IMG/VR virus record: IMGVR_UViG_3300035498_000530
Location: 64,001-128,000 of that record
DNA length: 64,000 bases
Source of the DNA: a virus
Taxonomy: Duplodnaviria; Caudoviricetes
Reading direction: 5' to 3' (one strand)
The notes below the pieces were generated by a model. It searched no databases, had not been told where the DNA came from, and saw only the letters and a list, made by a program, of their open reading frames with translations. This document shows, in pieces, positions 56,113 through 64,000 of this stretch (positions within the stretch are counted from its first letter, which is position 1; each line of letters opens with the position of its first letter). The translations under genes and the position numbers were made by a program.

Positions 56113-59100
56113 TTAAACTAGTTCTATCACTATATCTGGGGCACTGAATTCATTATTTCTGATATTAAGGAATTCAGGAGTATGATCAAGTTTTCCATCA
56201 TCACCAATATCTTCAATATGTTGACTACCAGGACCATAGTAATCTGTACCAGTAATTTCTTCCACAACACTATGAGTTTTACAAAATCCAGTATTGTTTC
56301 CATTACCATCTACTAAATATATATGACCACCATTTTCATCTGTATCATATTCAATGTATTCCTTTGTAGAAATTACATCATCATAGTTGAATGATACAAA
56401 TTCAAAGTATGTTATATATTCCTGATATTCTGTAGTTACATAAGTTATTATATTAGGAATATGAATATCTCCAACTTCATCTAAGTCTTCAACATATTCC
56501 TTTATATAATCCTTGATATTATCAATTATATTAGCATAAGAGTTATTTATAAGCTTAAGTCTAAACTTAAGTGTTATATCTACTCTATTTATAGGTATAG
56601 CTTCTTCACTATTATAAGAAATATAGTATCTATTAGAAGGACCATATGTATTGAAGAATTTGAAGTCTATATCAAGAGCATCTTCAAGAATTTCAAGACA
56701 ATATTCAATATAACTTCTCTTAGTTTCCAGAGCTTCAATAAATTCCTTCATCATAGATTCAGCTGTACTATTATCTGTTCCTTTGTTGATATAGCTATCA
56801 CTTATAACTGGCATATTTCTTATAAATCTAGTCTTTATAGTAGTACCAGATTCAGACTCTTCTTCATTTATAGCTATTTCAGATTCCATAATATTAGTGA
56901 AGTTATGATAGAACTCCAATCCATCTACTATAGAATATACATTAGTTAAAGCATAGTTATTATTAAGAAAAGATTTATTATTACCAGTAATATCTATGAT
57001 CTCATTCAAGATCTCGGCATCATCTGGTTTATTAATATCTACATATGACAATGGTGGTTCTCTAAGCATTACAAATATTCTTACATTTACATTTGGTTCG
57101 AATGCTTCTGCAGAAGAAGAACAACTCATTTCAATACTCATTTTAGGGAAATTAAAGTATTCATCTTTTGGTATCAAAAGATTACTTCTTAATTCTTTTC
57201 TTTCTCCATCTACATATTCTTGTCTGTTTATTATATTGATTCTGTTATTTTCAGTAACCTGATCATCTGTATAGAAATCAAATTTAAAGCTATATGTGAA
57301 ACTCTCTGAATCATAATCAGTAAGTTCACCAACACTATATCTCAATGGTGAAGTATATCCTGTATCATCTGTAGCATAAAATACTGCTATAGCAACTATA
57401 GAATTTATATCTTTTATATCAGTCCATTGAGATTCTGTAGAACTATCTATATTATAGTCTGTAGAATATATTCCAGATTTTTCATCATATTTAATAAGAC
57501 CAAAATCACTTCCGATATTTTGAAGAAGGTCTACATTTAATGTATACTTAAATATATTACCAAATTCTGATATTTCATCACTAAATGGAGTAATTATATC
57601 AGAATCCTTATCTCCGACTTCTGAGAATTCTCTAATCCATTGAGCTGTTGTAGCAACGAACTGTAATGTGGTATTAGAGTTTATATAATCAAAGGTAAGT
57701 TCCTTAGTTGTATCCATTGTGGTAAGATAGTAAGATACATAATTTTCATCTATGTTTATATCACAAAGGAATGGTGATATATAGACATATGCGCTTGGAT
57801 TTAGTTGTTTCACAGTTATATTTCCATCATCATTTACATATACCTCTTCATCAATATAATCTGTTGTATTTGCAAAATGTGCATAAGTATCTCCAGGGTT
57901 AAGATATATTCTTCTCTTTCCTGGATTTACTGTAATCTTATCTAATATCTCTCCGCCTGGGGCTATCATATCTTTTGGAAGCTCTATATTAAGAGTATTA
58001 GTTGGAATTATATTTCCAAAACTATTTCTTAACAGCATAAATGCATAATAGATTACTTCTCTAAGATTATGCCTTTTCTTATAGAAGTATAACTTGCTAT
58101 CATCATCAGATAATGAGTTAAAGAAGTTCTCAAGATCTGTTGTATTAGTTACACTACCTCTGGCTAAGGCTTCTTTTGCTATAGCTTTCTTAATTACATC
58201 TATAGACTTTTTATCAGAACCAAATTCACTACCAGTCTGAGGAGATAATGCAATATATAATCCACTGTAGTCATATTCATTAGACTCAAGTCTAACAGCA
58301 ACATCAGTTTCATAATTAAAGTTTGCACTTGCTCCCTGAGTAAGATATGAATGTATAGTTACATCGGCATTTAATGTTGGTTCATATGAATCTCTATTGA
58401 ATTTTACTCTTATAGTATTTTCATCTATATAAGTATAATTACAATATAATTCTGTTGTAGTAGTATAAGTTCCTTCATATACAGGAGTAAGATATATAGG
58501 ATTGTCTTCTCCAGTTTCTTCTACTTCTACATAAAAATCAGCAAGCTGTTGATCAAATTCAAATGTAATAATCTTATTCTCTATAGGATTAGTAGTAAGA
58601 ATCTTTCTTGTTACATCATATAATTCTACTTGCCTGATTTGTACCAATGGTATAGCAACCATTGTTTGAGAACCAGAAAGATTAATTCTGCTTACAGATG
58701 CAAGATAAGGATTAGTAATATCAGATAAAGTATTTACTTTATCTATTATATATCTTGCTGAATATGTGTAAGTTACAGAATTATCATTTGTTATGTATTT
58801 ATCTGGTCTACCTGCACGTCTTGTTATAAGTATATCATAATCTGTATGATATTCGTATCCTTCGATTATGATTGGCACTTTATGACTAAATAAGAATTGA
58901 TCTGCAGTTCCTGTATTACCCATCTTCTTAGATAATTCATCTTCTGGGAAGCACATAAGAACTACCATTCTAGCTGGTACAGCATTGATATTACTCATAC
59001 CCATAGATAAGGCATGAGTCATTATATTCTTTTCAAATTTAGCTTTAGTTGGTATTGCTTCATTACAATATTGAGATGCGACTCTAATAGCATTTTGAAG

Positions 59101-59244
59101 TTCATTAGAGAACATAGCTGACATGTATCCATAGATACCCATCATCAGTGTTTCTTCTGTTTCATCTTCTACATACTTTTGTTTTATTTGCTCTACATAT
59201 TCTGCAATATCATATATATCTGCACTTAAATAACTATCCGCCAC
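56113..59244 (-). CDS. Baseplate wedge protein (T4 gp6-like)
   Basis: ALARGSVTNTTDLENF parallels the gp6 R-A-V-T-x-x-D motif; TQGASANF; NEAIPTKAKFEKNI. Confidence 0.7.
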   Translation of the reverse strand: MADSYLSADIYDIAEYVEQIKQKYVEDETEETLMMGIYGYMSAMFSNELQNAIRVASQYCNEAIPTKAKFEKNIMTHALSMGMSNINAVPARMVVLMCFPEDELSKKMGNTGTADQFLFSHKVPIIIEGYEYHTDYDILITRRAGRPDKYITNDNSVTYTYSARYIIDKVNTLSDITNPYLASVSRINLSGSQTMVAIPLVQIRQVELYDVTRKILTTNPIENKIITFEFDQQLADFYVEVEETGEDNPIYLTPVYEGTYTTTTELYCNYTYIDENTIRVKFNRDSYEPTLNADVTIHSYLTQGASANFNYETDVAVRLESNEYDYSGLYIALSPQTGSEFGSDKKSIDVIKKAIAKEALARGSVTNTTDLENFFNSLSDDDSKLYFYKKRHNLREVIYYAFMLLRNSFGNIIPTNTLNIELPKDMIAPGGEILDKITVNPGKRRIYLNPGDTYAHFANTTDYIDEEVYVNDDGNITVKQLNPSAYVYISPFLCDINIDENYVSYYLTTMDTTKELTFDYINSNTTLQFVATTAQWIREFSEVGDKDSDIITPFSDEISEFGNIFKYTLNVDLLQNIGSDFGLIKYDEKSGIYSTDYNIDSSTESQWTDIKDINSIVAIAVFYATDDTGYTSPLRYSVGELTDYDSESFTYSFKFDFYTDDQVTENNRINIINRQEYVDGERKELRSNLLIPKDEYFNFPKMSIEMSCSSSAEAFEPNVNVRIFVMLREPPLSYVDINKPDDAEILNEIIDITGNNKSFLNNNYALTNVYSIVDGLEFYHNFTNIMESEIAINEEESESGTTIKTRFIRNMPVISDSYINKGTDNSTAESMMKEFIEALETKRSYIEYCLEILEDALDIDFKFFNTYGPSNRYYISYNSEEAIPINRVDITLKFRLKLINNSYANIIDNIKDYIKEYVEDLDEVGDIHIPNIITYVTTEYQEYITYFEFVSFNYDDVISTKEYIEYDTDENGGHIYLVDGNGNNTGFCKTHSVVEEITGTDYYGPGSQHIEDIGDDGKLDHTPEFLNIRNNEFSAPDIVIELV

Positions 59245-59248
59245 AATA

Positions 59249-60316
59249 TCACCTCCATCTTAATCTATATATTCTAGCTTCATCTACTGAAGCATCATTA
59301 TCTCTTGTTACATACGGAACAGTACACCATTCACCATTTACAGAACCTATCTCAGTATCATATAATGGTATATCTGTTGTATCTGTTGATATATTATTTG
59401 TTAGAGAATTAAACTCTGCTAATATGATAGGATCACTATCTTCAACATAAGTAGCTTTAAATGGAACTGTAAACTTTAATCCATTTGTACTAGAAGTCAT
59501 ATCTGAGAATGCATCTCTAGGAGCACCCAATGGCATAACTCCAGTAAGTTTAGCAAAGAATAATATTGTATATCCATCATTATCTACGATGAACTTATAT
59601 ACACTAAATTGGTCATGTAATATCTTTTGTAAAGTATAACCTTGGTCTGGCACTGTTACAAGACCATCTGCCTTTACTCTTTGATATTCATCATATATTT
59701 TGAATAGCATATATACTGTAAGATCTCTACAATCTTCGAATTCTAGAGAAAATTCATGATCATGATCAGAAGCTACAGATGTTTTTCTATAGAAAATTTT
59801 ATTACCATCTATAGTCTGAGAAGTTTCAAAGAAACCACCAGTTAACGTAGGTAGTTCCAATGATGTTGTACTTGATAAACAATTGGTAAGTAGATTCATA
59901 AATGGAGAATATGTATCTACTTTAGAGTCCCAACCATTTGATGTGGTAGCAGCACCACCACGATATACACTATACTGTAACTGTTTCATTACAGCTCTAT
60001 ATCTTTTATGACAATCTCTGAAGAAGTTCATTCTGCTTAATTCTTCATTTAATTCTTCAGTACCAGGGGTAAATAAATGTAAATCTGGCTTGGTAAAGAA
60101 TATATATTCTCTTGTATTTGTAATAGATATATTTGGTGTCATAGAACCAAATCTTTTAAATGCACTATACCACCTGTTAGCAGTATAAGAATCAGAATAT
60201 ATACCGTTACTACGTTCTATTCTATTAAAAAGATCATCATCAGTAAACATGTTTTTTAAGGAAGTATTTCCATAAAAAGATGGTGATGTATATACACCAT
60301 TAGAATCTATAGGCAT
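59249..60316 (-). CDS. Virion structural protein, tube/baseplate-hub fold
   Basis: EYIFFTKPDLHL; FSLEFED; AKLTGVMPLGAP; late-type promoter AACA-TCATAT-TA. Confidence 0.65.
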   Translation of the reverse strand: MPIDSNGVYTSPSFYGNTSLKNMFTDDDLFNRIERSNGIYSDSYTANRWYSAFKRFGSMTPNISITNTREYIFFTKPDLHLFTPGTEELNEELSRMNFFRDCHKRYRAVMKQLQYSVYRGGAATTSNGWDSKVDTYSPFMNLLTNCLSSTTSLELPTLTGGFFETSQTIDGNKIFYRKTSVASDHDHEFSLEFEDCRDLTVYMLFKIYDEYQRVKADGLVTVPDQGYTLQKILHDQFSVYKFIVDNDGYTILFFAKLTGVMPLGAPRDAFSDMTSSTNGLKFTVPFKATYVEDSDPIILAEFNSLTNNISTDTTDIPLYDTEIGSVNGEWCTVPYVTRDNDASVDEARIYRLRWR

Positions 60317-60502
60317 TATATTATCTCCTTTCTTAATAGTATTTAATATGATGTTGACTGTAGCAAAATTGCCCTAAAAATAATATTAAATACATATTAT
60401 AACTTTGAATTAATAGACAAATGTATCTATTGGATGTCAGATCTCCGCATACAAAAAATTGTTGTAACAATAATATTCTAAATAAAAAGGAGACTGATAA
60501 AA

Positions 60503-60775
60503 ATGAGATTATCAAATGCAAATGGATTTCTTGGAGAATTATGGAGTGCTATAAATGATGGAGCAATGGGAGGAAGTTATGATGTACCAGAAAGACCACA
60601 ACAGATTACTGTAGTAGAAAAGAAAGAAGAAAGTAATCCTGTGAGTATGGAAGGTATTGAACAACTTGTCAGTGCTATATCTGAATCTACAAGAAAAGCG
60701 GCAGAAATCGGAGCTACCGATGACAATAGAGTTTTAATTGTTAATAACTTTAATTTTATTTTCTGTAAGAAGTAA
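60503..60775 (+). CDS. Hypothetical protein
   Basis: SD AAGGAG; promoter motifs near 60393-60412. Confidence 0.7.
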   Translation: MRLSNANGFLGELWSAINDGAMGGSYDVPERPQQITVVEKKEESNPVSMEGIEQLVSAISESTRKAAEIGATDDNRVLIVNNFNFIFCKK

Positions 60776-60877
60776 TACAATTAGATAATTGGTAGATGCA
60801 TTTGTTTATTTTTTCTATTATATATTATAAAGATGTAACCTAGAGTTACAATACTACAATGGGAGGAAGTAGTATAT

Positions 60878-61192
60878 ATGGAAGAAAAAATTCCAAAATA
60901 TATTGATCTGGAAAAGCAGATTATGTATAATTCTGCTGAACTAGCAACAATATATAATACTGGAAAAGATCTACTTTTTTTAAAAGAGAAAGAGGATGAA
61001 TTCCTTAGCAGTATAAAGGAAGATTTTCATACTCTTTCTTCTGAAGAACAGTTGTATGTTCTTATAATAATGGAAGGTCCATATAGATGCTTGTTTGTAG
61101 AGCAGAATACAAACTCTATTGGATCTGGTTATTATAAGAAGCAGTATGAGCTACTAAAGGAGGTATACAATACAAGCTCGAATTTAGTTTAA
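60878..61192 (+). CDS. Hypothetical early-type protein
   Basis: TATATTATA at 60821-60829, SD GGAGG. Confidence 0.75.
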   Translation: MEEKIPKYIDLEKQIMYNSAELATIYNTGKDLLFLKEKEDEFLSSIKEDFHTLSSEEQLYVLIIMEGPYRCLFVEQNTNSIGSGYYKKQYELLKEVYNTSSNLV

Positions 61193-61231
61193 GGGAAGTA
61201 CAAAAAATAAAACTTATGGAGGAAACTTAAG

Positions 61232-61579
61232 ATGCTTTGTGATATTAAAGGAATTGCAGAAACAGAAAAGGAAATAGAATTAATAGCTACAATACAGGAA
61301 AACATAAATAAGCTAAATAACCAAGGCGGAACAGATAAAGAGGCTTTGGATATGGCAGAAGATTTAAAGAAGAAATTCTTTGATTCTAAAGAATGTACTA
61401 GTATATTCTTATACCTATTGTACAAATATTTAACTCCAAAAGATTCAAATGCAGAAATAATAAATCTTTTAGGACATGAAGCAAAAGTATACATACAGAG
61501 TATTACTGGTATTCTGTATGAAGATTATAAATACAAATTGAGCAGAGGGGCTACATATGTAAGTAGAGCAATATTCTAA
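61232..61579 (+). CDS. Hypothetical protein
   Basis: SD GGAGG; terminator ~61597-61621 downstream. Confidence 0.75.
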   Translation: MLCDIKGIAETEKEIELIATIQENINKLNNQGGTDKEALDMAEDLKKKFFDSKECTSIFLYLLYKYLTPKDSNAEIINLLGHEAKVYIQSITGILYEDYKYKLSRGATYVSRAIF

Positions 61580-61707
61580 TGCTTATAGGGTTCACATGGA
61601 GATGCTATTATTTGCATCTCCTTTTATTTTTTGTCTTATTAGCCCCTATTAACATTATTCTAGAAAGAACATATTATTAAATTAAAAGATAAAGGAGGTA
61701 AACCTTA

Positions 61708-63006
61708 ATGAGTAGTACAGAGTACATACATGAAACTATAATTAAAGATATAGTTGATGTTGCTACTGATGTAAAAGATATGGATGAAATAAAAGGCTTT
61801 CTCAAAGGTAGAGGATCTTCATATAAATCTATAGCGCATGCATCAGAAGAGTTAACATTAGTATTTCCAGTAATATGTACTAGAAATATGGATATAACAA
61901 ATGCTCAGATGATTTCTAAAGCAATAGAAAGAAAATGTACAATAATGCTTCAAATATTGTTTAATTCTGTTGCTTATTCTGACTATAGTAATGCACAAGA
62001 GTATATATCAAAATTCCATACTAATATAAAGCTTAGTAATAATTTTGATCTTGATGAATTCTTAGATGCTACAGAAAAGCTTTTGCCAGAATCTGCAGAT
62101 ATGACCAATAGTAAATGGGCAATGAATCAGATTAAAGAATCTTTGATAGCTGATAGAGATAGATATAAGAATGTCTATGCTCCAGAAAATGTTTCTGAAA
62201 ATGCTATAAATGATTATAAGATTTTGAATAACATGTATGGTGATAATAATGTTGTTCTTAATAAAGTAACTACTAATGAAGGATCAGCACAAGATGTTAG
62301 TGCTTCAATCAAAGCTCAAAAAGACAATCAGGATATATTAAGAAATCAGATAATAGATACTGATATAAAAAAGGCTAATGAGCTTATTCCTACAACTATG
62401 GTTGTAAACTTTATGTCATATAAAAATGGTGCAGTAATACCAACACAATGCATTGTTGGTGTTAAAGCTAAGCTGTATCCAGCAGCTAGTGAAGATATAG
62501 TAAGTCATCTCTCTGGTAAATATTCTGATAATAATAAACTTAATAAGTTTGTCAGAGCAACAACAAGAGAGATTTCATTCTTTAAAGATTTTTTGTTTGC
62601 TATTGATAAAGCAAAGTTTGATGCTATTTCCTCTGCAGATAGAAGTTCTTCTGCTAAGATGTGGAGAGTTCTTGAAAGAAGATCTAAGAAGAGTAAATTA
62701 AGAAGAGCTATGGGCTCAAAGAATGATGCAAGCGCAATAACAACTCTTGTTGTAAATCAAGAAGAGATTGAATATGCAAAGAAGATGTATAATATTGACT
62801 TTTCAAATCCTGCGGTTATTAGAGGAATAATGGAATCTTATAACCTTATGTGTTTTGTAATCGTTGATGAAGTAAATGAATATGCTAAGTTCTTATTTGA
62901 TACTGGTGAAGATTCATTTGAGACTCTTTCCTTTAGTAGTCTTGAAAGAGAATCTTCTGATAGTACATATAAGAAAGTAGTAAACCTTATGACTAAAATG
63001 AAATAA
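61708..63006 (+). CDS. Late protein, probably virion structural
   Basis: Two late-type promoters (AACA-TTATTC-TA, AACA-TATTAT-TA); SD AAGGAGGT. Confidence 0.75.
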   Translation: MSSTEYIHETIIKDIVDVATDVKDMDEIKGFLKGRGSSYKSIAHASEELTLVFPVICTRNMDITNAQMISKAIERKCTIMLQILFNSVAYSDYSNAQEYISKFHTNIKLSNNFDLDEFLDATEKLLPESADMTNSKWAMNQIKESLIADRDRYKNVYAPENVSENAINDYKILNNMYGDNNVVLNKVTTNEGSAQDVSASIKAQKDNQDILRNQIIDTDIKKANELIPTTMVVNFMSYKNGAVIPTQCIVGVKAKLYPAASEDIVSHLSGKYSDNNKLNKFVRATTREISFFKDFLFAIDKAKFDAISSADRSSSAKMWRVLERRSKKSKLRRAMGSKNDASAITTLVVNQEEIEYAKKMYNIDFSNPAVIRGIMESYNLMCFVIVDEVNEYAKFLFDTGEDSFETLSFSSLERESSDSTYKKVVNLMTKMK

Positions 63007-63024
63007 TAAGGGAGGTAAACCTAT

Positions 63025-64000
63025 ATGTTTCAGAATTCTCAAACGGCGTTTGATCATGTTGTAATGGAACATTTTGATATCATGGATAATGAAACAAGAA
63101 CTGTTCTTATGAATATAGACGAAGCAGATCAAACACAAGTTCTGGTATCATTAACTTCTAAATTATATGAAGCTATAGTTGAAAAAGTAGATGATATAGA
63201 TTTTGGTGATATTCCTGCAACTAAGGGTGATATCACAAAATTGCCTAATTATGAAAAGTTAGTTGATTCTCTTAATATAATGGAAGAATTGATTACAAAG
63301 ATGGGTCAGAAACCTGACGCTATTATAACTATAAGCAATGCTATAGAAAATATAAAATTAAGAAAATCTATATTCGAGAAAGGATATAGACTTAATCTTG
63401 AGTTACCTATGATGATTTATAGTACTATGACACTTGCATGTATTAGTGCTACATCATATATGATTTCTACATGTATTGACTTTATCAAAACCCCTAATCA
63501 GGATGGTTTTGAAATATCTCTTAATAAAGTAGCTCTTGCTAAGAGTAAAGAGCACTTATTATTTGATAATCTCAGGAAGTTCAATGAATCTTGTAAGAAA
63601 GGTGACATTGATAGAGTTCTTGAGTATACTATAAGTAAGAATGTAAAAGGCTTTGTTGGTACAGCTAGTGGTACTGGTGTATTTGTTGCTACTGTAGCTA
63701 TAACAGCATTAGCTCTTTCTATTATTCCTATGATAAGAGAACTTATTTTCTTCTTCTTCTACAGCAGAACCAGAGTATCTCAGTATTTCGATCTTCAGGC
63801 AGATCTCTTGCAGATGAATGCTCATAATATTGAAATAAATGGTACTCAGGATAAAGAGACTAAGAAGAAGATAACAAGTAAGCAGATGGGAATAGTTAAG
63901 GTATTTAGAAATATTGCTAACTTCTTTGCTATTAAAGGTAAAACTGCTGAGACAGAAGCTCACAAGGAAATTACTAATAATACAAAGAAATATAAAATTG
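63025..64000 (+). CDS. Partial late protein with a hydrophobic segment (runs off window)
   Basis: SD GGGAGGT; MFQNSQTAFDHVVMEHF... stays open to the window end; GVFVATVAITALALSIIPMIRELIFFFF. Confidence 0.8.
   Translation, partial: MFQNSQTAFDHVVMEHFDIMDNETRTVLMNIDEADQTQVLVSLTSKLYEAIVEKVDDIDFGDIPATKGDITKLPNYEKLVDSLNIMEELITKMGQKPDAIITISNAIENIKLRKSIFEKGYRLNLELPMMIYSTMTLACISATSYMISTCIDFIKTPNQDGFEISLNKVALAKSKEHLLFDNLRKFNESCKKGDIDRVLEYTISKNVKGFVGTASGTGVFVATVAITALALSIIPMIRELIFFFFYSRTRVSQYFDLQADLLQMNAHNIEINGTQDKETKKKITSKQMGIVKVFRNIANFFAIKGKTAETEAHKEITNNTKKYKI

Noticed and set aside
1-64000. Alternative genetic code or diversity-generating retroelement
   Set aside because: Very long ORFs are intact under code 11 with all three stops used; no reverse transcriptase or A-specific TR/VR pair seen

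Overview
AT-rich segment of a jumbo (phiKZ/AR9-PBS1-like) myophage that probably infects a Firmicute/Clostridia host (strong AAGGAGG/AAGAAAGGA SD sites, LPD28 protein, amidase/M23/SH3b modules). The left arm (minus strand) has RNase H, an HNH-like protein, a cluster of paralogous early genes, ThyX, a dTMP kinase and a 1499-aa split RNA-polymerase beta subunit. The right arm has more early-type genes, an HU-like protein, a 7033-aa tape-measure/multi-hydrolase protein, baseplate/tube genes and a RusA resolvase. Two phage promoter classes can be read from the sequence: YATATTATA (early-type) and AAC(A/T)-N6-T(A/G) (AR9-like late-type). The most novel signal is non-coding. About 8-9 ORF-free, late-promoter-to-terminator units appear to encode structured RNAs carrying anti-Shine-Dalgarno segments. 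Six early genes share a covarying two-hairpin/pseudoknot 5' leader. One of the small RNAs (18147-18283, minus) is complementary to that leader on both sides of its second hairpin. Together this suggests a phage-encoded sRNA/leader regulon for early-to-late switching. All assignments are by eye; no searches or folding programs were run.
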